Of a DNA stretch of 64,000 bases, positions 55,055 through 64,000 are shown one piece after another. A model generated the notes under the pieces. The model had not been told where the DNA came from and searched no databases. It saw only the letters and a list, made by a program, of their open reading frames with translations. Source of the DNA: an uncultured Nitrososphaerota archaeon (GTDB taxonomy: Archaea; Thermoproteota; Nitrososphaeria; Nitrososphaerales; Gagatemarchaeaceae); the NCBI GenBank assembly GCA_963838925.1, contig CAWISW010000001.1:96001-160000 (forward strand), read 5' to 3'. The position numbers and the translations under genes are program-made. Position 1 is the stretch's first letter. Each line of letters opens with the position of its first letter.

Positions 55055-55981
55055 CTACTTCGCCGACGGGAGGCTGGGGAATTGTTCCCCAAGCGCGTAC
55101 TGAATCGCTTCTTTAACTTCTTGAGAGATCTCTGCTTTGATATCCTCTTTCTGGGCTTCGGAGAGTTCCAGCCTCCTCTCCTCGTAGAGGAGTGGATCCC
55201 TCTTTGCGAGTTCGGCCAATTCACTCTTGCTCCTGGCATCAGGCTGCCCTTGCTTGTGCCAGCAGAGCCTGGTGGTATTCATATCCACGATATAGGGTTT
55301 CGATGTTTCTCTGACTACCGTAGAGGCCTCGCTCACGGCTTGCATTACTTCATCGAGGTGGTTACCGTCAACCTGAGAGGACTCGATTCCGTATGCCTTT
55401 GCCCTTTCGGCGATGGTCTTGGTGGGGAGGTAGAACTCAGGGCGTATATTCCCCGCCAGTCCGTTGTTCTCACAGAGCATTAACAGGGGTGCCTTTCTGA
55501 CGCTCGCTATATTTAGCCCCTCGTGGAACTGCGCGTTACTTGTGGCCGCATCGCCGAAGAAACAGGCGACAATGTCAGAACCCTTCAGGTAGTTCTTCAC
55601 TGTCCAAGCGAGTCCCGCTGCGACGGGCACACATGTCCCGACGAGCTGGAAGCTGAACATGTAACGTAACTTCGGGTAGCTGATGTGCATCTCCCCCGCC
55701 ATTCCTCCATTCACACCGCTCTCCCTTCCGAGTATCTCGGCTACAAGCGGCTTCAGGGGCATCCCACGAGACACTGAGTGTGCAATCGTCCGGTGATGAG
55801 TCACTATATAGTCGGTCGGACGCAGCGCAGCACAGGCCCCGACGGATATCGCTTCTTGGCCCTTGCTAAAGTGCAAGTCACCTGCGTCCCCTTCAAGGCA
55901 GAGCCTCTGCAGCTCGTCTTCGAGGACACGTATCTTCAGCATCCTCTTGTAGAGCTCAATTTCGACGACCGTCTCCATCAA
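55055..55981 (-). CDS. TPP-dependent dehydrogenase E1 alpha-like subunit
   Basis: HFSKGQEA, HHR, FFGDAA...HEGLN...ENN (TPP motif), VDGN, DP. Confidence 0.92.
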   Translation of the reverse strand: MMETVVEIELYKRMLKIRVLEDELQRLCLEGDAGDLHFSKGQEAISVGACAALRPTDYIVTHHRTIAHSVSRGMPLKPLVAEILGRESGVNGGMAGEMHISYPKLRYMFSFQLVGTCVPVAAGLAWTVKNYLKGSDIVACFFGDAATSNAQFHEGLNIASVRKAPLLMLCENNGLAGNIRPEFYLPTKTIAERAKAYGIESSQVDGNHLDEVMQAVSEASTVVRETSKPYIVDMNTTRLCWHKQGQPDARSKSELAELAKRDPLLYEERRLELSEAQKEDIKAEISQEVKEAIQYALGEQFPSLPSAK

Positions 55982-56967
55982 TTCGATAACCTCCTTATCG
56001 CCGCAAGTATCTCCTCATCGGTGGGTAACATATACTTGTGCAGTGCCTGGCTGGCAGGTATGGTTGATTTGGGCGCGCCCAGCCTTTCAATTGGCTTCTT
56101 GAGGCTGTTGAAACAACGCGATTGGACCTCGGCAGCGATTTCTGCCCCGACACCTCCATATTTTATGTCAGGTTCGACTATCAGTAGCTTTCCTGTCCTT
56201 GAAACGGACTCGCAGACGGTCTCAAAGTCTACAGGCGCCACCGTCCTAAGGTCGATAAGATCACATTCTATTCCATGCTGGGCAACTAGAGATTCCACCT
56301 GACACATCGTCAGCGCGTAGGATACAATTGTTAGCTGGTCCCCGGCGAGTCTCCGCCTCGCAAAACCAAAGGGGATGGGGTTGTTGGAGGTTAGATTTTG
56401 GTCAGACTCGTCAATGTTTGCGTCACTAATCATCCTGTCCTCGAAGAAGAGCGTCACGCCAGGTGTCCTAAGGGCAGTCAGCATCAAACCACGAGCATCG
56501 TTGGGTGCTGACGGCACTGCCACGTTCAACCCCGGGATGTGTGCGAAGATGGCTTCCGGTCTCTGTCCTGTTGTAGGCCCACCCATGAAGTATTCTGCCC
56601 TGATTACTATGGTCCTTGGGTCCATCGCTCCTCCTAGGACGAAGTTGATTTTCGCTGCCGTGTTGCATATGCTGTCGAGAGTTCGATAAAGGAAGTCCCC
56701 GAGTATGACATCAACTACGGGCTTGATTCCCGCGAGCGCCGCCCCCACGGCGAAGTTCGTGTTGCCGTCTTCAGAGATGGGCAAGGTGATGACCCTCTCC
56801 CCGAATTCCTTCTCGATATCAGGCGCGTCGAAGTGAATCTTCATGTGCGCCCCTTCACCGAAGAGGTAGATTGACGGGTCGATTCTCATCTGCTGTAATA
56901 TTGCACCATAAATTCCGTTTCTTATCAGCCTGTTCCGGGCCCAAGCATTGGGCTTTTTTGTCTGCAA
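55978..56967 (-). CDS. TPP-dependent dehydrogenase E1 beta-like subunit
   Basis: LFGEG, FGERVITLPISE, HIPGLNVAVPS, IDLRTVAPVD; start placed at TTG 56967 (329 aa) to avoid overlap with the divergent gene. Confidence 0.9.
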   Translation of the reverse strand: MQTKKPNAWARNRLIRNGIYGAILQQMRIDPSIYLFGEGAHMKIHFDAPDIEKEFGERVITLPISEDGNTNFAVGAALAGIKPVVDVILGDFLYRTLDSICNTAAKINFVLGGAMDPRTIVIRAEYFMGGPTTGQRPEAIFAHIPGLNVAVPSAPNDARGLMLTALRTPGVTLFFEDRMISDANIDESDQNLTSNNPIPFGFARRRLAGDQLTIVSYALTMCQVESLVAQHGIECDLIDLRTVAPVDFETVCESVSRTGKLLIVEPDIKYGGVGAEIAAEVQSRCFNSLKKPIERLGAPKSTIPASQALHKYMLPTDEEILAAIRRLSN

Positions 56968-57021
56968 TTGAGCTCTGCAGTAAACAAGGTTCTTATAATG
57001 TATTTTGAACGCTATGCATGA

Positions 57022-57990
57022 TTGGCTTCGGATTTCTTCCGCGACAAACTGGTGGCCGTGACAGGCGCGACTGGTCTGAACGGATCGTATATCATGAATG
57101 CTCTTTCTGGGACGGGCGCCAAAGTTAGGGCGGTGATTCATCGAAGACCGCCTACTGAATTTACCAAACTTGCGGATGAATTCGTCACAGCCAACCTTAT
57201 GGAGGGCGAAGCAACTCGGAGTGCTATCAAGGGTGCAGAAATAGTAATCCACGCTGGAGGCGTCACAGGAGGAATCCCATTTGCTATGGCTGATCCTGCC
57301 GCTTTGGTCGCTCCCAACGCAATAATCGCCACCCAGGTCATCGATGCTTGTGCGAAGGAGAAAGTTGAACGTCTCTGTGTGCTCAGCAGTACGACCGTTT
57401 ATCCTCCTTCAGACTTGCCGGTGAAAGAAGATGAGGCGTGGACGGGCGAACCCTATGAGATGTACTACGGAATAGGTTGGGTCAAAAGGTTCACCGAAAA
57501 GCTCTGCACGTTTTACGCCGAGAATTACGGTCTCCAGGTTGCTATAGTCAGGCCAGCAGGAGCCTATGGTAGGTTCGATGACTTCGATGAAGGGACATCT
57601 CACGTGATTCCTGCCATGATAGCTCGGGCAGTCTCCGGGGTGAATCCATTCGTGGTGTGGGGTGATGGTGGCGATGTGAGAGACTTCGTGCACGCGAGCG
57701 ACCTGGCTCAAGGGGCATTGCTCGCAGTGGAGAAGCACGCGAACTGTGACGCCGTCAACATCGCGTCGGGCGTGCCATGCACCACGGGGCAGCTTGCCAA
57801 GATAATCTTGGAGGCCGTTGGGAGCGGTGCAGAGATCAAATTCGACCCCACCAAGCCGTCTGCAATGAGGATTCGCAAGGTGGACATCTCAAAGGCGCAG
57901 AGTCTGCTAGGTTATTCCCCAAGGATGTCGTTGCATGAAGGAATCAGAGATACGGTCGCCTGGTACAGGAGTCGATTGCGCGGAAGCTGA
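57022..57990 (+). CDS. GDP-fucose/colitose synthase-like epimerase-reductase (Fcl/ColC family)
   Basis: GGI, YGIGWVKR, DDFDEGTSHVIPAMI, VVWGDGGDVRDFVHASDLA, FDPTKP. Confidence 0.8.
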   Translation: MASDFFRDKLVAVTGATGLNGSYIMNALSGTGAKVRAVIHRRPPTEFTKLADEFVTANLMEGEATRSAIKGAEIVIHAGGVTGGIPFAMADPAALVAPNAIIATQVIDACAKEKVERLCVLSSTTVYPPSDLPVKEDEAWTGEPYEMYYGIGWVKRFTEKLCTFYAENYGLQVAIVRPAGAYGRFDDFDEGTSHVIPAMIARAVSGVNPFVVWGDGGDVRDFVHASDLAQGALLAVEKHANCDAVNIASGVPCTTGQLAKIILEAVGSGAEIKFDPTKPSAMRIRKVDISKAQSLLGYSPRMSLHEGIRDTVAWYRSRLRGS

Positions 57991-58000
57991 GTTGACTTCA

Positions 58001-58906
58001 ATGAAATTCCTAATTACCGGTATAGGCGGGTTCATCGGGACAAACCTCGCTTTGGCGCTTTCTAGGAGTGGCGCTGAGGTCGTTGGCATCGATGTGCCGA
58101 AGTCGCTCGAGAGGACTGAACTCAAATCGGCTTCTAACATTGAACTTGCCGTGGCGGATATCAGGGACTACTCCAGCCTGATTAAGCTAGGAGACAAATT
58201 CGATTGCATCATCCACCTCGCGGCCTTGGCTGCACCCAAGCAATGTGACGAGAACCCATCGTTGGCCTTTGATGTCAACGTGCACGGGACTCATAACGTG
58301 CTCAAGTTCGCCCTCAATAGCGGCGCAAGCAGATTCATCTTTCCCTCCACAGCCCACGTTTATGGTATCAGCCCAAAGTACATCCCCACTGATGAGAGTC
58401 ACCCGCTCGCCTTGCAGAATACCTATACCACAACAAAGATACTCGGGGAGAGCCTTTGCAGACTCTTCTTCGAGAACCACGCATTATCCTATCTGACCCT
58501 TCGCCTGTTCAACGTGTACGGGCCCGGGCAGAGCCTTGACTATTTCATCCCGGCTACGATAATGAAGGCCAAGGAGGGCCGTATCGCTCTTCGAGGCGCC
58601 GAGGTCACGAAGGATTTCGTCTTTGTGAGCGATCTCATGAGTGCTTTTAGGGCGTCGATAGAGTCCGAGTATGTCGGCGAAATCAACATTGGGACAGGAG
58701 TCCAGACCAAGCTGAAGACGGTCGCATCGTACATTGCAAATAAAATGGGCGCTGAATTAAGCATAGACAATGCATTTGATGAGGGTCCGACCTTCATGCA
58801 GTGTGACCCGACTAGGGCTAATAGGGCTCTGCATTGGCGGCCAACCGTGAAGTTGGAAGAGGGGCTGGACCGAACGATAGAGCTCTTTGGCACCGATAAA
58901 CGGTAG
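58001..58906 (+). CDS. NAD-dependent epimerase/reductase (extended SDR)
   Basis: ITGIGGFIG, HLAA, YTTTK, RLFNVYGPGQ; ATG at 58001. Confidence 0.9.
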   Translation: MKFLITGIGGFIGTNLALALSRSGAEVVGIDVPKSLERTELKSASNIELAVADIRDYSSLIKLGDKFDCIIHLAALAAPKQCDENPSLAFDVNVHGTHNVLKFALNSGASRFIFPSTAHVYGISPKYIPTDESHPLALQNTYTTTKILGESLCRLFFENHALSYLTLRLFNVYGPGQSLDYFIPATIMKAKEGRIALRGAEVTKDFVFVSDLMSAFRASIESEYVGEINIGTGVQTKLKTVASYIANKMGAELSIDNAFDEGPTFMQCDPTRANRALHWRPTVKLEEGLDRTIELFGTDKR

Positions 58907-59081
58907 AACGAAGAGAGACTTCAAGAGCAGTCGTGGTCTTCTTGGATTTGCTGTTGATGCCGTCCGCTGTTTGGGACCTGGACTTCAGTTGCGCTGCGGC
59001 GACAGCCAGAGGAGAAGCCCTCCCTGCCACCGTTTCGAGAAACAATTTTAGCCCATTGGTAAAGGGGTTGGGAATACTCAC

Positions 59082-60359
59082 ATGCCTGACCTGATTGAAG
59101 AGATTAATGAGAGGATAGAGCAGTACTTCGCATCCAAGGCCCGTCATAAATTCGTGCCGGGGAAGACGAAGATTCCCTTGGCAGTTCCTCAGTTTGGCGC
59201 AGCCGAAGTCATCGAGTCGCTGGACTCTCTGATGTCGACATACGTCACCATGGGGAAGAAAGTCAGGAAGTTCGAGGAGATGTTTGCGGAGTACGTCGGG
59301 ACGGGAAGGAGCGTCATGTCTAATTCGGGTTCGTCTGCAAACCTTCTCGCAGTGTCGGCACTTTCATCGAGGCACTTCCGCGACCGGATCAAGCCGGGAG
59401 ACGAGGTCATCTGTCCTGCCGTCACTTGGTCTACAACGGTGTATCCACTCCTAGCGATTGGCGCCACGCCGGTGCTCGTGGACGTCAAGACGGAGAATTT
59501 CGGTATCTCACCAGCTACTATCGAGGAGGCGATAACGCCGAAGACAAAGGCCGTCATCGCAGTGCATCTCATGGGAAATCCGTGCGAAGTCGACGAAATA
59601 CGTCGTATCACGGATAAGAAGGGGATACATCTCATCGAGGATTCATGTGAGGCCCACGGTGCGAGGATTGGCGGAAAGCACGTGGGGCGCTTTGGCCTTT
59701 GCGGGACATTTAGTTTCTATCTCTCTCATCATATTACTACGATTGAAGGCGGAATGGTGCTTTCTGACGACGACGACTTTATGGACCTGGTAACGTCACA
59801 GAGGGCACACGGCTGGATAAGAGAAATGAGGAACCATCAGGCGATTGCTGCAAAGTACAAGGAAATCGACGATCGATTCCTATTCTATGAGACTGGCTAC
59901 AACTTGCGGCCCACTGAAATTCAAGGAGCATTCGGGATACATCAACTGCCAAGGCTCGAACGCCTTGTTCAGTTCCGACGTCGCATTGCGAAGAGAATGA
60001 ACCGCAAGCTGGCGCATCTGAAGGATTACCTAATTCTTCCCGAAGAGCGACCCGGCACGACAAACTCGTACTTTGCGTATCCACTGACTATAAGGAAGAG
60101 TGCACCGTTTGGAAGAAGGGAGTTCATGCAATTTCTTTCTGCCAAACTAATTGACAGCAGGCCGGTCGCAGCTGGGAACCTCGCCGAACAACCGAGCGCG
60201 GCCCTATATGACCACCGCATTGTCGGTTCATTGAAGAATGCGAAGTTAATCATGCGCAACTCCTTCTTCATAGGCCTTCACGAGGAAATACATGAGGAGG
60301 AGGCTGACTACATTGCTAAGTGTGCAGAGGATTTTGTCACGAGTAAAATTACCAAGTAA
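59082..60359 (+). CDS. NDP-4-keto-6-deoxyhexose 3-dehydratase (ColD-like, PLP/PMP)
   Basis: NSGSSANLLA, SFYLSHHITTIEGG (His replaces the Schiff-base Lys), RAHGW.R, GYNLRP; lacks the Cys cluster of RfbH/E1. Confidence 0.85.
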   Translation: MPDLIEEINERIEQYFASKARHKFVPGKTKIPLAVPQFGAAEVIESLDSLMSTYVTMGKKVRKFEEMFAEYVGTGRSVMSNSGSSANLLAVSALSSRHFRDRIKPGDEVICPAVTWSTTVYPLLAIGATPVLVDVKTENFGISPATIEEAITPKTKAVIAVHLMGNPCEVDEIRRITDKKGIHLIEDSCEAHGARIGGKHVGRFGLCGTFSFYLSHHITTIEGGMVLSDDDDFMDLVTSQRAHGWIREMRNHQAIAAKYKEIDDRFLFYETGYNLRPTEIQGAFGIHQLPRLERLVQFRRRIAKRMNRKLAHLKDYLILPEERPGTTNSYFAYPLTIRKSAPFGRREFMQFLSAKLIDSRPVAAGNLAEQPSAALYDHRIVGSLKNAKLIMRNSFFIGLHEEIHEEEADYIAKCAEDFVTSKITK

Positions 60360-60393
60360 TTCAAACTGATTCTGAAGAGCGTCCCCCGGCTGG

Positions 60394-60846
60394 TCACTTC
60401 AACAGGATTGTCTTGTACTCCTCTCTCAGTTGTTTCGGTAATGCATTCTTTGGGAACCAATGACCTTCGGAGCTTGTCCGGTCTAACCATACTTGGTTGG
60501 TATCCGAGCGGGTCCTGTAAACAAAAGTCACAGCGTGCTCCCTTGGAGTGATGATCTCGACTACGCCCCTAAAGTGAATCATCGAGACATCGACTTTCAA
60601 ACCCGTCTCCCTCTTGAGAATTCTAACTGCGGCGTCTGCCAGCCTCTCATTTCTCAGTATTCGTCCTCCCGGCGTTGCCCATTCCCCGCGCCAGGCATGA
60701 TTGTTGGCATTCCTCCTAAGCAAGAGGAAGCACCTTGAATGATTTGTGACTACTATGTCAGTTGTGATAATCGGAAAAAGCGCGAGGTGCTCCTCGAAGA
60801 CACTCTTCGGCACCCGCTCCAGGTACGTTCGGGTCTTTCGAGTCAA
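60394..60846 (-). CDS. NUDIX hydrolase, GDP-mannose mannosyl hydrolase-like
   Basis: PIITTDIVV, LLLRR, WATPGGRILRNE.L.DAA.RI..RETGL. Confidence 0.8.
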   Translation of the reverse strand: MTRKTRTYLERVPKSVFEEHLALFPIITTDIVVTNHSRCFLLLRRNANNHAWRGEWATPGGRILRNERLADAAVRILKRETGLKVDVSMIHFRGVVEIITPREHAVTFVYRTRSDTNQVWLDRTSSEGHWFPKNALPKQLREEYKTILLK

Positions 60847-61250
60847 AGCCGGTTCCCACCATTCGTTGTGGTTTGCTCTTCTGTTGGCATTAGACTTCTC
60901 GTTCTAAGCACCATTTCTTCATAGCTGAGAATCAGGGATAGAACAACTGAGATTCTGCCAAGCCCACCGGTTGCCTGGCGGAGTCTCCTCACGTCTTGCA
61001 TGTCAATCGCCCTCCAGACCATGAAGGCTCGGCCTGATGAGGATTGCCGTGTAATGAAAACTGGTTGTCGCAATGCAAAGCCCGCAAGGCAATTCGACGG
61101 GCCTTTCTCCCGAAGGTGATGGCCGACTCCAAGGGCATACTGCGTCAGGATTTGAAGAGTTGAACTGATATTTATCAACCTGCTAATTCGAGGATTAGAT
61201 CGCGACAGTCAAGGCATATATGTGAATCAGGTCTATGTATCAGTCGAGAC

Positions 61251-62060
61251 TTGAAGCCGCTCGTTTCGGTAATCGTCCCGACGAAAGACAGCGCGGCTTA
61301 TCTGCCGAGATGTTTGGATTCTATTGTATCTCAGACATATGTTAATCTTGAAATCATAGTCGTGGATAACTACTCTAATGACGAGACGGTCGAGATAGCA
61401 AGGAGGTTCAAGTCGAAGATCATCCTAATCCCGGACTCAGAAAGAAGCGAGCAAGTGAATTACGGGGTGATGATAGCAAGGGGAAAGTACGTGTATAGGG
61501 TCGACAGCGATTTTGTGCTCAGTGCCGAAGTAATTGAGCAGGCGGTAGCGAAGGCTGAAACTGGTTATCCCGCAGTGGTCGTCAACAACTTCTCCGATAG
61601 CACTGTCAGCTTTTGGGCCAGGGTGCGTCTGTTAGAAAAGGAGCTTGTAACGGGGGATTGGGCGCACACGGCCCCCACGTTCTTTTCAAAAGAACTGTTT
61701 ACGGAAGTCGGGGGTTACAACGAACGGCTCGTTGCAGGTGAGGATTATGATATAAGGAATAGGATAGCGACGAAGCATAATGTTGCCGAGATAAACGCAA
61801 GGATAACCCATCTTGGGGAACCGAAGACGCTAGGGCAGATAGTCCGAAAGTTCGTCTACTATGGGTCGGTGATAGATCTGTTCTTCGAGGAGAATCCTGG
61901 GAAGGGAGCTTGGCAGATTGCTCCCATTCGCCTCATTTACTGGCGGAAGAGGAGACTCTTCGCTCAGTTCGGCCCCAAGGTGTTTCTTGGCTTCATCGTC
62001 TACCAATACACGCGATACATGGCTGCACTCTTTGGCTACATGACGGTTAAGATGTCATGA
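61251..62060 (+). CDS. Glycosyltransferase family 2
   Basis: VSVIVPTKD, VVDNYSND, VDSD, GGYNE...GEDYD. Confidence 0.92.
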   Translation: MKPLVSVIVPTKDSAAYLPRCLDSIVSQTYVNLEIIVVDNYSNDETVEIARRFKSKIILIPDSERSEQVNYGVMIARGKYVYRVDSDFVLSAEVIEQAVAKAETGYPAVVVNNFSDSTVSFWARVRLLEKELVTGDWAHTAPTFFSKELFTEVGGYNERLVAGEDYDIRNRIATKHNVAEINARITHLGEPKTLGQIVRKFVYYGSVIDLFFEENPGKGAWQIAPIRLIYWRKRRLFAQFGPKVFLGFIVYQYTRYMAALFGYMTVKMS

Positions 62061-62830
62061 TTCCTCTTTCGATAGTTATTGCTACCTATAACAGAAGAGA
62101 AATCGTGATGGGACTAATGAAGGAATTGGAGCCCTTGATGATTGAGTGCGAAATCTTGGTAATTGAGGATTCGTCGGACAGAACGAGCGATGAACTTCGG
62201 ACCGCTTACGGTTCTCAAATAATACTGGACCATAGTGACAAAAGGAGGGGCGCAAATGCTTGGAATATAGGCATTGAAAGGGCAAGGAACAAGGCGGTCC
62301 TTTGTCTAGGGGATGATACTCACATAGTGGGCGATGTCATAGAGTTCGCGCACAAGTTGGTTCGTTACATTGAGACTCGTGGGGAGATCGTGGGATTGCG
62401 AGTCATCGATGCGAGTGGGAAGAGATTCGAGCACAGGCGACTATCGAAACTCCTTTGGTGGTTGGCGGGACAAATATTTCCTCAGCAAAGCAAGAGTGGA
62501 TACGTCGACTTCTGCTCGAATTTTGCGCTCGACAAATCCAAAGTCCAGGCAAGGTTCGATACCGATTTCGAGGGTATTGGCTTCAACGCGGAATCGGACT
62601 TGCAATTGAGGGCTCGGAGGGCCGGGGCTAGGTTGTTCTTTGCTTTTGACTTGGTGATAAGGCACGACGAACTCAGGATGAGTGCCGAGAGCGCATCAAC
62701 AAGAAAGGCTCAGATGCTGAAAGGACATGCGCATTTCCTCAAGAAGAATTTTCGGCACTCGTGGTGGCTGAAGATGTTCTTCTACCGCCTCTACCTCTCG
62801 ACGGTTTGGCGATACTCCCAAGGCAAGTAG
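62057..62830 (+). CDS. Glycosyltransferase family 2
   Basis: SIVIATYNR, LGDD, AESDLQLR; ATGA overlap with previous gene. Confidence 0.85.
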   Translation: MIPLSIVIATYNRREIVMGLMKELEPLMIECEILVIEDSSDRTSDELRTAYGSQIILDHSDKRRGANAWNIGIERARNKAVLCLGDDTHIVGDVIEFAHKLVRYIETRGEIVGLRVIDASGKRFEHRRLSKLLWWLAGQIFPQQSKSGYVDFCSNFALDKSKVQARFDTDFEGIGFNAESDLQLRARRAGARLFFAFDLVIRHDELRMSAESASTRKAQMLKGHAHFLKKNFRHSWWLKMFFYRLYLSTVWRYSQGK

Positions 62831-62849
62831 AAACGCATCGAGCACTAGC

Positions 62850-63451
62850 AAACGTTGATACGCCATTCTCTGGCCTGTTTGAACCTCTTCTTCAAGCGCC
62901 TGCTTCTTTCCGTCTATTATCGCTTGGCGGAAAGCGCGACCATCACGTCGAGCAAGTCAGCCCTTACTGGCCTGAATTTGGCCGCATTCTCGGCATCTCG
63001 TCTTGTCAGCGGGACGACCTGGACCTCAAGGGCTTTCAGGAACGCCTCGTATCCGGAGGAGTCGAGCCGGGCGGGAGTGTAGCCCCCGACCAGTTGGAAG
63101 CGCGTTACGACGAAACCAAGAACTCGTCACCTTTCTCCCGCCGACACACTATCTCCTCGCGCACGAGCTTGAGGCCGCCGTCACTCAGTATCGATGTGTC
63201 GAGAAATATCCCAAATCAGAGCAGACTCTGCTTCCTCCACGTGCGGCCCTATCTTCTTCAGCTCTCTCGCGAACGCATCGATCGCGGTCCATAATTCTTG
63301 GGGCTGGTCTTCTCCTCGGCGGCCTTCCCGAGCTTGAGTTCGCCCTCGGACTCTTCAAAGATTATCGAGTCTCCGGGCCTGATGTCGAGGTCTTCTGCGA
63401 ATCTCTTGGGGCAGGTCCCTGAAACTTCCGCGTGACCTGATACCGCTTCAT
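62850..63451 (-). pseudogene. Degenerate AbrB-VapC toxin-antitoxin pair
   Basis: MKRYQVTRKFQ/fs/PKRFAEDLDIRPGDSIIF (AbrB), then IFLDTSILS...VVPLTRRDAENAA...LLDVMVA (PIN) with frameshifts and stops. Confidence 0.65.
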
Positions 63452-63500
63452 AGTTCCTATTTTCCTGCCGCAGACTTGACCTTTGCGGAAGATCCGCGGC

Positions 63501-64000
63501 TCATAGCCTGCGCCGCCCTTGTAGTTCCTGAATGACCAGCGCCGCGCTCGCCTCCGGGGAGCCCTTCTCGGTCTCCACCACGATGTCAGCGTCGGCAGGT
63601 TCCTCGTATGGGTCCTGGATGCCTGTCATGTTGGTGATTTCCCCTCTCCTGGCTTTGGCGTAGAGCCCCTTTGGGTCTCTCATCTCGCATACCGCGAGGG
63701 ACGCCTTCACGTAGAGTTCCAGAAATCTCTCCGGCCCGATCATCTGCTTCGCGCTTTCTCGAGAAGTACGGTAGGGTGAGATCAGCGCGACTATCGCGAC
63801 GACCCCGTTCCTCGAGAGCAGCTTCGAGACGAACGAGACCCTCCTGGCGTGCTCCTCCCTGTCCTCCCTCGAAAGGCCGAGGTCGCGCGAGATGCCCTTC
63901 CTCACCTCGTCGCCGTCAAGAATCTCGACTCGCATGCCGTAGTCTTTCTCGAGCTTCGCCTTTAGCAGGCCCGCGAGCGTCGACTTGCCGGACCCCGGAA
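63501..64000 (-). CDS. cysC: Adenylyl-sulfate kinase (5' end outside window)
   Basis: PGSGKSTLA, LDGDEVR, ALISPY, RDPKGLY, TGIQDPYEEP. Confidence 0.95.
   Translation of the reverse strand, partial: PGSGKSTLAGLLKAKLEKDYGMRVEILDGDEVRKGISRDLGLSREDREEHARRVSFVSKLLSRNGVVAIVALISPYRTSRESAKQMIGPERFLELYVKASLAVCEMRDPKGLYAKARRGEITNMTGIQDPYEEPADADIVVETEKGSPEASAALVIQELQGRRRL

Noticed and set aside
55055-56967. Pyruvate dehydrogenase complex
   Set aside because: No E2, E3 or lipoyl genes nearby; context is nucleotide-sugar synthesis
56968-57252. Long N-terminal extension of E1 beta in the ORF track
   Set aside because: Overlaps the divergent reductase gene and promoter; TTG 56967 gives a typical length
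59082-60359. RfbH/AscC CDP-sugar E1 with Fe-S cluster
   Set aside because: Cys-rich cluster motif absent; ColD-type RAHGW present instead

Overview
Archaeal chromosome segment, most likely a high-GC, non-ammonia-oxidising Nitrososphaeria/Thaumarchaeota-like lineage (inferred from gene content and protein style only). 1-15 kb: the conserved translation/transcription superoperon (rpl24e, ndk, aIF5B, rps6e, aIF2-gamma, PIN, rpoE1, spt4, DUF359, rps24e, rps27ae), interrupted by several insertions. These are a free-standing LAGLIDADG-like ORF running off the window start (missing from the ORF track), a 640-aa intein in aIF2-gamma, a membrane sensor-like gene, and ftsZ transcribed divergently from a catalytically dead IS6-transposase homologue. 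A repeated motif resembling IS6 ends lies just before both start codons, and this putative domesticated-transposase regulator of ftsZ is the best candidate for an undescribed system. 15-23 kb: four toxin-antitoxin pairs, a nucleotidyltransferase-kinase fusion, Lrp and a secreted phosphoesterase. 22-32 kb: cell-surface genes, including a SlaA/SlaB-like S-layer pair. 32-36 kb: a small mobile-element-like wHTH/coiled-coil module with a GTTC repeat tract. 36-64 kb: a large surface-glycan biosynthesis island (GT2/GT4/GT-C, frameshifted flippase, AsnB, PseB/C/H-like, ColD/ColC/Gmm-like, TPP E1 alpha/beta suggesting a branched-chain sugar, CysC) with several pseudogene relics. No tRNA, rRNA or CRISPR array was seen. 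All family calls come from motif recognition by eye, not database searches.
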